A stretch of 64,000 bases of DNA. It comes from an uncultured Sellimonas sp. (GTDB lineage Bacteria > Bacillota > Clostridia > Lachnospirales > Lachnospiraceae). Numbering within the stretch: position 1 is the first letter of the stretch; each line of letters opens with the position of its first letter. Positions 44,231 through 54,477 of this stretch are shown piece after piece. The notes beneath the pieces are model-generated. The model was not told the origin of the DNA. It was given only the letters and a program-made list of their open reading frames with translations, and did not search any database. Location of the stretch: assembly GCA_904393575.1 (NCBI GenBank), contig CAJFMZ010000001.1:1010-65009 (forward strand), given 5' to 3'. The translations under genes were made by a program, and so were the position numbers.

Positions 44231-45472
44231 CTAATTCATCACTGCTTCAATGTCTTCCACTGTTCTTGGAATATCCTTTGACAGGTTTCTGCAGCCGTCT
44301 TCTGTGATGAGGCAGTTGTCTTCGAGACGGAATCCGATGCCCCATTCTTCGTGGTAGATTCCGATGTCTACGCAGAATACCATACCAGGCTGGATGATGG
44401 CGTCTTTTGCAGATACCACATCGTGGGTGTCAAATCCGACATGATGTGCTCCGCCGTGCCACATATAGGTTCCAATATCATCGAAGCTCTTACAGATGCC
44501 TGCTTCTTTGAGCTGTTCGAAGCAGTAGCGGCGGATTTCCGCATCTACCTCTTTCATCGGAATGCCCGGTTTCAGTGTGGAGAACATGTGCTCGGATGTC
44601 TTGTACTGACATTCAAAGATCAGTTTCTGTCTGGAGGAATATTTGCCGTTGCAAGGCCATCCTCTGGATACGTCCGTCAGCTCGTTGTCCCAGCGCACGC
44701 CTACATCGTTGAGCACGATATCTCCATCCATAGCCTGTCCGCGGTATCCATAATAATGGATACAGAAATTGTTCTTTCCGGCGCTGATGATGGACGGGAA
44801 TCCTGCTTCCAGCACGCCATGCTGTGCCAGTGCGTAATCATACTCTGCCTTGTACTGGTATTCATACATACCCGGTCTGGAATGTGTCATCATTGCAAGA
44901 ATACCTGCTTTTGTAACTTCCTGAGCCTTCTCCATCGCGCGGATTTCACAAGGTTTCTTGATAAGACGGAGCATCTTCATGATCGGCAGGGAGTTTTCGA
45001 TCGGCATGGACGGATATTCCTGCTTCAGGAATGCTTCCATACTGTCTGCCCCGCTGACTACCACCTGTCCGTCCATCCGGTCGATATCCAGATACACTTT
45101 CTGAATCCGTCCGGAAGTCAGTACCTTTTTCAGTTCTTCTTCAAATGTATCTCTATAAGCAAAGCTGGAAATCATGGAGACCGCTTCGATCTCTTCCGGT
45201 TTCATTCTCGTTCCGGTCCATCTCTCCTCAAAGGCATTTGGCGGAAGGATAAACAGTGTCTCCCGGTATCCTGATGCATCCTTCTCCAGCATCAGAATCG
45301 TGTCTTTCTGCTCCATTCCAGTCAGATAAACAAAGTTCCGGTTGGCAAAATATCCATAGTCTTCATCTGCTGTCTTGCGGACCGGATTGCCGCTGAAAAA
45401 CAGGGCCAGACTGCCCGGCTCCAGCTTTTCCATAAACGCATCTCTGTTTCCCTTGTAAAATTGTGGTTCCAT
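44231..45472 (-). CDS. pepP: Xaa-Pro aminopeptidase (M24B family)
   Basis: 413 aa with an N-terminal creatinase-like domain and pita-bread metal-ligand blocks (DVGVRWDNELTDVSR, HGGAHHVGFDTHD, IEDNCLIT). Confidence 0.85.
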   Translation of the reverse strand: MEPQFYKGNRDAFMEKLEPGSLALFFSGNPVRKTADEDYGYFANRNFVYLTGMEQKDTILMLEKDASGYRETLFILPPNAFEERWTGTRMKPEEIEAVSMISSFAYRDTFEEELKKVLTSGRIQKVYLDIDRMDGQVVVSGADSMEAFLKQEYPSMPIENSLPIMKMLRLIKKPCEIRAMEKAQEVTKAGILAMMTHSRPGMYEYQYKAEYDYALAQHGVLEAGFPSIISAGKNNFCIHYYGYRGQAMDGDIVLNDVGVRWDNELTDVSRGWPCNGKYSSRQKLIFECQYKTSEHMFSTLKPGIPMKEVDAEIRRYCFEQLKEAGICKSFDDIGTYMWHGGAHHVGFDTHDVVSAKDAIIQPGMVFCVDIGIYHEEWGIGFRLEDNCLITEDGCRNLSKDIPRTVEDIEAVMN

Positions 45473-45590
45473 TGATCGTTTCCCTCCATTTCATTTGTAC
45501 TTTAGTCTAGTACCATTTTAGCACAAACAATCGACAGAATCACTGGTTTTCTCCATTATTATTCCTTTATTTTTATAAATATTCAGAATC

Positions 45591-46808
45591 TTATGCCTGT
45601 TCCTGACCGTGGAGCCAGTCCAGTCCTGCTTTCACATAGGCCGCGGCCCCCAGATAAAGATATTCATCATTAAAATCCGCTTTCGGATGATGCCCGATGT
45701 ACCGATAACCGTTTCTCGAATCCCCGATAAAGAACCACCCTACCGCAGAAGGTACTTTTTCCGCAATGTAGGAAAAATCTTCGGAGCTGGAAGCTTTGCT
45801 GAATGCACCACCCCATACAGTCCGCATATCATAGGTGTTTTCCTCCCCTAACAGTTCCTGCATCGATTTCAGGAAAGAGGCATGGACCTGTTTATCCACC
45901 ATCACAGCCGGACAGTTGCTTCCAAATGTCACTTTTGCAGTCACGCCTTTGGCTTTTGCCGTATATTCGGTCATGGTGCAGAGATCTTCTTTTAATTTTG
46001 TCCGGACTTTTTCATCGAATGTGCGGATGGTTCCTCTCATAAAAGCAGAATCTGCAATGATATTTCCGGTATCTCCGCCATGCATTTCTCCTACCGTCAT
46101 CACACAGTTATCGGAAGGTGCCCGGTGCTCCGCCATGATTTCATGGATGCCCTGATGAATCGCGCACATTGCTCCCAACGGGTTGTGTGTGTAATTCGGC
46201 ATTGCTCCATGCCCTCCTTTTCCCTGAATATCAATCCGGAACCAGTCCGAGGATGAGTAGGAAGCACCTGGTCCGAATACGCCCATAGTTCCTTCCTTCA
46301 CTGGTGTCCCGGCAACTACATGGATCATCATGGCTGCATCCACATGAGGATTCTCCAGTACGCCTGCCTCTACCATTTCTTTGGCTCCGTCCAGAATCTC
46401 TTCACCTGGTTGAAACAGAAGTTTGATGGTGCCTTGGATCTCCTCCTCGTGCCTTTTCAGAAGCCATGCAGCGCCGAGAAGCATGGCCGTATGGTTGTCG
46501 TGCCCGCAGGCATGCATACAGCCATCCTTTTTCGATGCATACGGTGCCCCGGTCTCTTCCTGAATCGGCAGCGCATCCATATCCGCCCGCATCAGAAATC
46601 CTTTGCCCGGCCTTTTTCCTCCGGCCAGTGCGACAATACCGGAATCTCCATATTCCTCCGGCTCGTATCCATATCTTTTCAGCTGCTCGATCACATACGC
46701 CTTGGTATTCGGAAGATGCAGCCCGATCTCCGGATTTTCATGCAGATATCTCCTGTGACGGATCAGTTCCTCTTTGATCTCCTTTGCTTCTTCTTTATAA
46801 TCATACAT
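45591..46808 (-). CDS. M20-family amidohydrolase (N-acyl-L-amino-acid amidohydrolase/hippurate-hydrolase-like)
   Basis: Motifs RADMDALP, HACGHD and QPGEE. 405 aa. Confidence 0.85.
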   Translation of the reverse strand: MYDYKEEAKEIKEELIRHRRYLHENPEIGLHLPNTKAYVIEQLKRYGYEPEEYGDSGIVALAGGKRPGKGFLMRADMDALPIQEETGAPYASKKDGCMHACGHDNHTAMLLGAAWLLKRHEEEIQGTIKLLFQPGEEILDGAKEMVEAGVLENPHVDAAMMIHVVAGTPVKEGTMGVFGPGASYSSSDWFRIDIQGKGGHGAMPNYTHNPLGAMCAIHQGIHEIMAEHRAPSDNCVMTVGEMHGGDTGNIIADSAFMRGTIRTFDEKVRTKLKEDLCTMTEYTAKAKGVTAKVTFGSNCPAVMVDKQVHASFLKSMQELLGEENTYDMRTVWGGAFSKASSSEDFSYIAEKVPSAVGWFFIGDSRNGYRYIGHHPKADFNDEYLYLGAAAYVKAGLDWLHGQEQA

Positions 46809-46826
46809 AGCTTTTCCCTCCTGATT

Positions 46827-48089
46827 CTATTGTGCTTCCCGTTTTTGTCCCATATTGACGCAGACAAACATTACGATAATTGTCAACACCGTCAGTGCCG
46901 CCAGAATGACAAGTGCCGGAATATAAGATCCGGTCAGATCATAAATCAATCCGATGATCGGACTGCCGATGGCACTTCCCGTCATGGTAAACATACAGAT
47001 AAATCCATATAGTTCACTGTAGTTTTTCGGGCCGAATACATCTGTCGTCATAATTGGCACGGCAACGGTTGCCGTACAGGTTCCAAATCCATACAGCACG
47101 GCTGCCAGATACAGCATAAACGAATTCCCCTGTACCAGAATAAAGCATACCAGAAACAGGAAAAAGGTTCCACATCCAAACAGAATTCCGGCCTTTGCTC
47201 CAAACTGGTCAAAAACCTTTCCAAGTACCAGCTTTCCGACCAGCGCGACAATCGAATAAACGGAAATATAGCTGGCGACAGAAGCCGCGCTAAAGCCCGT
47301 GCCTTGCAGATAATAACTCATATGGCCCAAAATACCGGCTGTAAAATAGATCAAAAACGACCCAAGCGCAAACAGCCAGAGAATCGGGGTCTTCTTTGCC
47401 TCGGCAAGCGTTGCGTTCCATCTGCTTACGGCAGCGGTTTTTGTCTTTTTCTCTTTGACTTCCGTCTCACTTCCATGACCATACGGAAGGAGTCCTGCCT
47501 CTTCCGGTGTCCGTTTTACTACAAACAGCCCGATCGGTACGAGAACAATCAAGCTGACCGCTCCCAGAATAAAGTAGGCGTTTCTCCATCCCCATCTGGA
47601 AATCGTCCAGGAAATTGCAGGACTTAATACTGTCCCGCCAATGCTGATCCCCATCATGGCCACACTGATCATCAGTCCTCTGTTCTTTTCAAACCAGTTG
47701 GTGATCAGCACCGTAACCGGAATCGTACATGCCCCCATGGCGAAAAAGCCTTGCAGCGCGCCGACCAGGTAGAACTGCCACAGCTCATGACAGAGTCCAT
47801 AGCAGGAATAAAATCCCATTGTTCCGATACAGCTGATCACAAACGTAACCTTCATATACTTCCCGCGGAGCAGTTTCCCGGCAATCGGTCCGGTAAATAC
47901 ACAGATGATGCTGGCAATCGTCGAACTCAGAAAATACGCACTTGTGGCAAATCCGGTTTCTTTGAGAATCTCTGTTGTAAACAACTGTGCCAGCCCAAAC
48001 CTGGTGGAGTAGTCAAACATCAGAATGAGAATACAGCTTACCAGAATGACCCAGTGATACATGCTGTGGCTTTTGTTTTTTGCTTCCAT
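46827..48089 (-). CDS. MFS transporter
   Basis: 420 aa, about 12 TM segments. Divergent from the LysR regulator gene. Confidence 0.8.
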   Translation of the reverse strand: MEAKNKSHSMYHWVILVSCILILMFDYSTRFGLAQLFTTEILKETGFATSAYFLSSTIASIICVFTGPIAGKLLRGKYMKVTFVISCIGTMGFYSCYGLCHELWQFYLVGALQGFFAMGACTIPVTVLITNWFEKNRGLMISVAMMGISIGGTVLSPAISWTISRWGWRNAYFILGAVSLIVLVPIGLFVVKRTPEEAGLLPYGHGSETEVKEKKTKTAAVSRWNATLAEAKKTPILWLFALGSFLIYFTAGILGHMSYYLQGTGFSAASVASYISVYSIVALVGKLVLGKVFDQFGAKAGILFGCGTFFLFLVCFILVQGNSFMLYLAAVLYGFGTCTATVAVPIMTTDVFGPKNYSELYGFICMFTMTGSAIGSPIIGLIYDLTGSYIPALVILAALTVLTIIVMFVCVNMGQKREAQ

Positions 48090-48273
48090 TTCCGTTTCCT
48101 CCTTTTCGTTCTCTTCCTTCTTTCTTGAAAAATTTACAACAAAATGTTATACTTCTTTCAAGTTTTTATTACGTTTATACAATTTTACCATGGGGTTTTC
48201 TATGGAAGATATCCTCAAATAGATATATGCTATAACTTCTCGGTTATATCCATCCTATGAAAGGAGATCGTTT

Positions 48274-49155
48274 ATGGACTTAAAAGATTTGCAGTATATG
48301 CTGGTTATCGCCAGATATCATTCTATTAACCGGGCCGCAAAGGAGCTCTATCTGTCGCAGCCTTATCTGAGCAGCAAATTAAAATCTCTGGAGAAGGAGC
48401 TCGGTATCCAGATTTTCCACCGTACATCCAGCGGAATTTTGCCTACCTCTTTGGGAAAAACCTTTCTAAGCAGCGCCGCAAAGATCTGTGCGGAAGTGGA
48501 CCATATCCTCACGCTGAAAGATCAGTCTCTTCCCCTGCTGAATGTTGTTTCTTATTATGGTCCTTTCTTTTTTAACTGTTATCTGCAGTTTCAGAAAGAA
48601 TACCCTTCCGAGGGGCGGGAAAGCTTTAAAGAGATGTCTCTGAAAGAATGTTTACGCGCTTTAAATAATGGAACCGCACAGCTTGCTCTTGTCTGCCATG
48701 CCAGCGACAGCCATGACTATTATGAAAAGCTGGCTCAGTCTTATCACTGTATTTTAAGGGAACTCTTTCCCCATGTCCCCCTCTCCGTCATTATGAGAAA
48801 AGGGCATCCTCTTTCCGGGCGCACTTCCATAACGCCGGAAGCCATGTCTTCCTATCCTCTTGTCTGTTACAATGACTCTCTCCCGTTTTTTCAACACATT
48901 GGATTTTCAGAAAAGCAGGATATCTTATCTGTGAGCGACCGGGGCAGTATGTTTGACTCCGTAGAAAACAGTGATTCTCTCGGAGTCATTGCTGTTCTTG
49001 GAGAGGAACCGGTCAAACAGGAAATCGCCTACGTCCCACTGGAGGCTGAACAAAGTACACTGGATTTTGTATATGCTACATCCGCAGACTACCAGCTCAA
49101 TACAAGGGAACGGAGTTTTCTGAATTTTATCCGGCAATCTTTCCGCAACGGATAA
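48274..49155 (+). CDS. LysR-family transcriptional regulator
   Basis: N-terminal HTH (MDLKDLQYMLVIARYHSINRAAKELYLSQPYLSSKLKSLE). 293 aa. AAAGGAG RBS. Confidence 0.9.
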   Translation: MDLKDLQYMLVIARYHSINRAAKELYLSQPYLSSKLKSLEKELGIQIFHRTSSGILPTSLGKTFLSSAAKICAEVDHILTLKDQSLPLLNVVSYYGPFFFNCYLQFQKEYPSEGRESFKEMSLKECLRALNNGTAQLALVCHASDSHDYYEKLAQSYHCILRELFPHVPLSVIMRKGHPLSGRTSITPEAMSSYPLVCYNDSLPFFQHIGFSEKQDILSVSDRGSMFDSVENSDSLGVIAVLGEEPVKQEIAYVPLEAEQSTLDFVYATSADYQLNTRERSFLNFIRQSFRNG

Positions 49156-49160
49156 AAGAA

Positions 49161-49203
49161 TCCCACAGAATGCAAGTCCTTCTCCGCCCTGCATTCTGTG
49201 GGA
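49161..49203. terminator. Bidirectional terminator between the LysR gene and metG
   Basis: 14-bp stem: tcccacagaatgca (49161-74) pairs with tgcattctgtggga (49190-203), followed by a T-run. Confidence 0.8.
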
Positions 49204-49226
49204 TCTTTTTCATTTTTCTTCTATTT

Positions 49227-51149
49227 TTAGCAGATTTCCGCTCCTGCCGGAACCTCTTTTTCCGGCTGCATCAGAACGACATTTCCCTTCTCGTCTTCCG
49301 CGCAGAGAATCATTCCTTCGGAAAGTACGCCTGCCAGTTTCGCTGGTTTCAGGTTGACAAGAACCATGACTTTCTTTCCGACCATCTCTTCCGGTGAGTA
49401 CCATTTCTTGATACCGGATACGATCTGTTTGACCTGGCTGCCGATCTTCACCTGAGAGCAGAGAAGCTTTTTGGATTTTGGCACTTCCTCGCATTTGATG
49501 ATCTCGCCTACCTGGAACTGCATCTTTGCGAAATCGTCGTAGGAGATTTCCGGTTTTGCCTCGATGTCAATCACCGGCCCCTCTTCTTTCTGAGGTGCTT
49601 CTTCCGGCTGAGTCGGGTGAAGTTTTTCTACTTCCTCCATTACTTCCTTGAGATCTCTTCTCGCAAAAAGAATTTCCGGTTTATCGGTCACATGTCCGCC
49701 GCCAAGCTGAGCGAGGATCTTCTCGGATGTCTCCGGCATATATGGAGCGAGCAGTTTTGCCCCCTCGGAGATGCTGGAAATCAGATTGTAAAGTACGGTC
49801 TCCAGACGGTCTTTCTTATCCTCTTCCTTTGCAAGCGCCCACGGCATCGTCTCGTCAATGTATTTGTTGCAGCGTTTGAAGAGATTGAAAATCTCTGTGA
49901 TGGCGTCCGCCACTCTTAAGTCCGCCATCTTGGCGTCCACTTTTCCGGATGTCTCCTCTGTCACACGTTTCAGGTCTGCATCCACTTCTTCTGTCACACC
50001 TTTATCTGTCACTGTTCCGCCAAAATATTTGTTTGTCATGGAAACGGTTCTGTTTACAAGGTTTCCTAATGTATTGGCAAGATCGGAGTTCATTCTCTCT
50101 ACCATCAGTTCCCATGTGATGACACCATCATTGTCAAATGGCATCTCATGAAGCACGAAATAGCGCACTGCATCCACACCGAACAGGTTGACCAGCTCAT
50201 CCGCATAGATCACATTTCCCTTGGATTTGCTCATCTTTCCGTCTCCCTGCAGAAGCCACGGATGACCAAATACCTGTTTCGGAAGCGGGAGATCCAGAGC
50301 CATCAGGAAAATCGGCCAGTAAATCGTGTGGAAACGGATAATATCCTTTCCAATCAGGTGCAGATCTGCCGGCCAGTTCTTCTTGAAGAGGTCGGAGCTG
50401 TTTCCGTCTGCGTCATATCCGATTCCGGTAATATAGTTGGTCAGAGCATCCAGCCATACATAGACCACATGCTTCGGGTCAAAATCTACTGGAATCCCCC
50501 ATTTGAAGGATGTACGGGAAACGCACAGATCCTGAAGTCCCGGAAGGAGAAAATTGTTCATCATCTCATTTTTACGGGCAACCGGCTGAATAAACTCCGG
50601 ATGCTCATTGATATATGCAATCAGACGGTCTGCATATTTGCTCATTTTGAAGAAATATGCCTCTTCCTTTGCCGGTGTACACGGACGTCCGCAGTCCGGA
50701 CATTTGCCGTCTACAAGCTGGGACTCGGTAAAGAAGGACTCACACGGAGTACAGTACATTCCTTCGTAGTATCCTTTATAAATGTCTCCCTGATCGTACA
50801 GCTTCTTAAAGATCTTCTGCACCTGTTTCTCGTGGTAGTCATCTGTTGTACGGATAAAGTGATCGTAAGATGTATTCATCATATCCGCGATCTCCTTCAC
50901 CTGGGCAGCCACCTTGTCCACGTACTCCTTCGGAGTGACACCTGCTTCTTCCGCTTTCAGCTCAATCTTCTGGCCATGCTCGTCTGTTCCGGTCTGGAAA
51001 TAGACATCATAGCCCTTGCTTCTTTTATATCTTGCGATCGCATCCGCAAGCACAAATTCATAGGTGTTACCGATATGCGGCTTGCCGGATGTATAGGCAA
51101 TCGCTGTGGTGATATAATACTTTTCTTTCTCATTACAATTACTGCACAT
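49227..51149 (-). CDS. metG: Methionine--tRNA ligase with a C-terminal tRNA-binding (EMAP-like) domain
   Basis: HIGN (class I HIGH) and KMSKS motifs. Zn knuckle CPDCGRPC. 640 aa. Confidence 0.95.
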   Translation of the reverse strand: MCSNCNEKEKYYITTAIAYTSGKPHIGNTYEFVLADAIARYKRSKGYDVYFQTGTDEHGQKIELKAEEAGVTPKEYVDKVAAQVKEIADMMNTSYDHFIRTTDDYHEKQVQKIFKKLYDQGDIYKGYYEGMYCTPCESFFTESQLVDGKCPDCGRPCTPAKEEAYFFKMSKYADRLIAYINEHPEFIQPVARKNEMMNNFLLPGLQDLCVSRTSFKWGIPVDFDPKHVVYVWLDALTNYITGIGYDADGNSSDLFKKNWPADLHLIGKDIIRFHTIYWPIFLMALDLPLPKQVFGHPWLLQGDGKMSKSKGNVIYADELVNLFGVDAVRYFVLHEMPFDNDGVITWELMVERMNSDLANTLGNLVNRTVSMTNKYFGGTVTDKGVTEEVDADLKRVTEETSGKVDAKMADLRVADAITEIFNLFKRCNKYIDETMPWALAKEEDKKDRLETVLYNLISSISEGAKLLAPYMPETSEKILAQLGGGHVTDKPEILFARRDLKEVMEEVEKLHPTQPEEAPQKEEGPVIDIEAKPEISYDDFAKMQFQVGEIIKCEEVPKSKKLLCSQVKIGSQVKQIVSGIKKWYSPEEMVGKKVMVLVNLKPAKLAGVLSEGMILCAEDEKGNVVLMQPEKEVPAGAEIC

Positions 51150-51164
51150 AAAATTCTCTCTCCT

Positions 51165-51425
51165 TCTCCATTACTAAAAAAACCTTCCGGGGATATTTCC
51201 CCGGAAGGCGAATCCGCGTTACCACTTCCGTTTATCTGCCCCTCGCAGGACAGACCTCTGTGAGTGCCGGACGGCACCCTCCGCTGTAACGGGCGGAACC
51301 CATCATGAATTATCACGGTCATCCGTGTTCATCCATACCGCTCCAAAGCCATCTTCCACATTCCTTTCACCATCCCTCTCAGCATCCGGGAATTCTCTGT
51401 AAGATTCCAGAACATGTACTCTCTT
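51165..51425 (-). promoter_or_regulatory. T-box leader (Met specifier) with a terminator/antiterminator
   Basis: Minus-strand elements: GAAGAGAGTAC, distal GGTGAAAGG, and GAAGATGGC (AUG codon candidate). The T-box sequence AAGTGGTAACGCGG (forward 51211-27) is followed immediately by the terminator CCTTCCGGGG-aaatat-CCCCGGAAGG-T7 (51176-51208). Possible promoter TTGACT-17-TACCAT at 51454-82. Confidence 0.8.
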
Positions 51426-51488
51426 CTTCCACGCGTTTTCTTATGTAGTAAAAATGGTAGCATAGAAATTTTTGAAAGTCAAGACCGC

Positions 51489-52361
51489 TTATTCCGTCAC
51501 TTCCCCTCCATAGTACACCAGTCCTACGACTCCCGGTCCTGCATGTGTGCCGATGCTTGGGCTGACGTCATTGATCACGACGTTTTCAAAGCCGAGATCG
51601 TTTACCATCTTTTTGACGGAAAGGGCGTCCTCCATGCAGTCTCCATGGAGGATGCATACCAGGCGGTCCTTCCCGTAGTGTTCCAGATCCAGAGATTTTT
51701 CCATATTGGTTACAAGTGTCTTCAGTGCTTTCTTTCGTCCACGGACGGTACCATCGGACTTGAGTTCTCCGGAAGCGGTGACCCGCAGCAATGGCTTGAT
51801 GTTGATCATGCTTCCGACGATCGCTGTGGTCTTGGATACGCGGCCTCCTCTCTGGAGATGATGCAGATCATCTACGGTAAACCAGACGTTGACATGGTCC
51901 CGCTCCTTCATCAGCACATCGTAGACTTCTTCCATGGTCTTTCCCTGCTCTTTCAGACTGGCGGCCCGATATACCGATACCCCCTCGCCCAATGAGGCGT
52001 TCAGGGAATCAAAAACTTCAATCTTCCGGCCCGGATATTCTTCCAGCAGTTCCCTGGCCGTCATCCGCACGTTGTTGCAGCTTCCGCTTAATGCGCTGGA
52101 AAATGCAATGTGAAGAATATCCTGCCCTTCTTTTAAGACCGCTTCAAATTTTTCCCGGATGACCGCCGGATTGTTGGCCATGGATTTCGGCAGTTCGCCT
52201 TTTCTCATTGTTTCATAAAATTCATGCGGGGACATGTTTTTTTCATCTCCGTAAACCACGTCTCCAAACGCATAGTACTGTGGAATTACCGGGATTCCGT
52301 ATTTCTCCAGGACTGCTGCCGGCACATCCGAATTTGAGTCCGTTGTAATCACATAACCCAT
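51489..52361 (-). CDS. DegV-family fatty-acid-binding protein
   Basis: 290 aa: MGYVITTDSNSDVP...; typical DegV layout. Confidence 0.85.
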   Translation of the reverse strand: MGYVITTDSNSDVPAAVLEKYGIPVIPQYYAFGDVVYGDEKNMSPHEFYETMRKGELPKSMANNPAVIREKFEAVLKEGQDILHIAFSSALSGSCNNVRMTARELLEEYPGRKIEVFDSLNASLGEGVSVYRAASLKEQGKTMEEVYDVLMKERDHVNVWFTVDDLHHLQRGGRVSKTTAIVGSMINIKPLLRVTASGELKSDGTVRGRKKALKTLVTNMEKSLDLEHYGKDRLVCILHGDCMEDALSVKKMVNDLGFENVVINDVSPSIGTHAGPGVVGLVYYGGEVTE

Positions 52362-52391
52362 CGTTCTGTCTCCTCATTTCCTTTCTGTTTT

Positions 52392-53018
52392 CTATCCTTG
52401 TTTTCTCCGCTTGATCACTTTCAACCGTGTAAATTCTTCCCGGTCTTTTTCCTCCAGCGCATTGCTGATGCTGGATACAAGCTGTGTGTACATTGGAATG
52501 GTGATATTCTGCAGCGCATTGGCACGCTTCTGTGTTTTCTTGATGTTGGAAGCAAGCCGGTATGCTGCATTTTCCACCATGGAAAGCTTGACCGTCAGGT
52601 CTTTGACTTTCCGAAACGCTTCCGCCGCCCGGTCCGCAGATTCTTTGGTCGTACTGAACGCATAGGTCGGCACCGGCGTCTTTGGTGTATATTTGACATG
52701 GGGAATTTCCGTCCCCATAATGCTTCTTGTCTGGATCACGATCGAATCCTCGATCGGAACTGTATAGGCGATCTGTGAGATCGTATTAATCCCGTTTTCA
52801 ATATTTGCTTTCTGAAGACATTGATACGCATAAGTGAATGTGCTGTCAATCTCCTCCTGAATGGTGCGGGCCTGATCGATCAGATCCATCAGTTCCCGGA
52901 TCAGAATATTTCGCTTTTTATCCATCAGTTCGTATCCCTGCTTTGCAAGCGCAAGAGAATTCTTCGCAAGCATCAGGTTTCCTTTTGTCGGAAATGTCCG
53001 TGGATCCAACAGCCTCAC
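52392..53018 (-). CDS. ntpD: V-type ATP synthase subunit D
   Basis: 208-aa coiled-coil protein (PTKGNLMLAKNSLALAKQGYELMDKKRNIL). Last gene of the V-ATPase operon. Confidence 0.9.
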   Translation of the reverse strand: MRLLDPRTFPTKGNLMLAKNSLALAKQGYELMDKKRNILIRELMDLIDQARTIQEEIDSTFTYAYQCLQKANIENGINTISQIAYTVPIEDSIVIQTRSIMGTEIPHVKYTPKTPVPTYAFSTTKESADRAAEAFRKVKDLTVKLSMVENAAYRLASNIKKTQKRANALQNITIPMYTQLVSSISNALEEKDREEFTRLKVIKRRKQG

Positions 53019-53022
53019 CCCT

Positions 53023-54459
53023 TTACATTTCTTTATTTGCTACTGAGCCGGGACTTGCGCTTGTGGTCACGCCATCGTCCCGTTTGGTAGGATGATAATA
53101 TTTGTCCAGAATCTTTGTATCAACACGGTCCAGTTCTTCTCTCGGAAGTCTTCCAAGCAGCTCCCAGCCAAGATCCAGCGTCTCTTCGATGGTCCGGTTT
53201 TCTTCCGTCCCCTGACCGATATATTTTTCTTCAAATTCTTTTCCGAAGGCCAGATATTCTTTATCGATCGGTGAAAGCTCATCCTCTCCGATCACTGACG
53301 CCAGATTCCTTGCATCTCCCACCTTTGCGTAGGCAGAGAACAGCTGGTTTGCCAGATCCTGGTGATCTTCCCTTGTATATCCTTCTCCGATACCGTCTTT
53401 CATCAGACGGGACAGGGACGGCAGGACACTGATTGGCGGATAGATAGACTGTCCGTTCAGATTCCGGTCCAGCACAATCTGTCCTTCTGTAATATAGCCT
53501 GTCAGATCCGGAATCGGATGGGTAATGTCATCATTTGGCATAGTCAGAATCGGAATCTGCGTTACCGACCCATTGACTCCCTCCACAATACCCGCCCGCT
53601 CATAGATGGCAGCCAGTTCACTGTACAGGTAGCCCGGAAAGCCTTTCCGGCTTGGGATCTCTCCTTTCGAGGAGGAGACTTCACGCATGGCCTCGGCAAA
53701 GGACGTCATATCCGTCAAAATAACAAGGATATGCATATTCTGTTCAAACGCCAGATATTCCGCCACAGTCAGCGCCACCTTCGGCGTGATCAGACGCTCT
53801 ACCACCGGATCGTTTGCCAGGTTCAGAAACATGGCCACATGGTCGGCCACACCGCTCTCTTCAAAAGTCCTCCGGAAGAAATCCGCCACATCGTGCTTGA
53901 CGCCCATGGCCGCAAAGACAATGGCAAATTCTTCATCCGAGTCCTCTCCCAAGGACGCCTGCTTGACGATCTGAGCCGCCAGCTGGTCGTGGGGCAGTCC
54001 GTTTCCGGAGAAAATAGGAAGCTTCTGACCACGGATCAAGGTAGTCAGACCGTCAATCGCCGAGATTCCTGTCCGGATGTAATTCCGCGGATATTCCCGC
54101 TTCACCGGATTCAGCGGCAGTCCGTTGACATCCCGTCTGACTCTTGCGGCAATCGGTCCCAGATCATCAATGGGCTGTCCGATTCCGTTGAATGTTCTTC
54201 CCAGCATTTCCTTGGACAGCCCGATTTCCATCGGATGCCCGGTCAGCCTTGTGTGGGTATTGACAAGTGACATGCCTTCTGATCCTTCAAAGACCTGAAT
54301 CACTGCCTTGTCTTCATAGAGCTCAATGATCCTTCCGATCCGCTTTTCCTTCCCTCCTACAATAAATTCTACAATCTCGTCATAAAATGCATCCTGGACC
54401 CCTTCCAGTACAATCAGGGGACCGTTGATGCTGCTCAGTCCAAGATATTCTATTGGCAT
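53023..54459 (-). CDS. ntpB: V-type ATP synthase subunit B
   Basis: 478 aa with conserved B-subunit blocks ([23 protein letters not shown]). Confidence 0.95.
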   Translation of the reverse strand: MPIEYLGLSSINGPLIVLEGVQDAFYDEIVEFIVGGKEKRIGRIIELYEDKAVIQVFEGSEGMSLVNTHTRLTGHPMEIGLSKEMLGRTFNGIGQPIDDLGPIAARVRRDVNGLPLNPVKREYPRNYIRTGISAIDGLTTLIRGQKLPIFSGNGLPHDQLAAQIVKQASLGEDSDEEFAIVFAAMGVKHDVADFFRRTFEESGVADHVAMFLNLANDPVVERLITPKVALTVAEYLAFEQNMHILVILTDMTSFAEAMREVSSSKGEIPSRKGFPGYLYSELAAIYERAGIVEGVNGSVTQIPILTMPNDDITHPIPDLTGYITEGQIVLDRNLNGQSIYPPISVLPSLSRLMKDGIGEGYTREDHQDLANQLFSAYAKVGDARNLASVIGEDELSPIDKEYLAFGKEFEEKYIGQGTEENRTIEETLDLGWELLGRLPREELDRVDTKILDKYYHPTKRDDGVTTSASPGSVANKEM

Positions 54460-54477
54460 ACTTGCGTTTCCCCCTTT

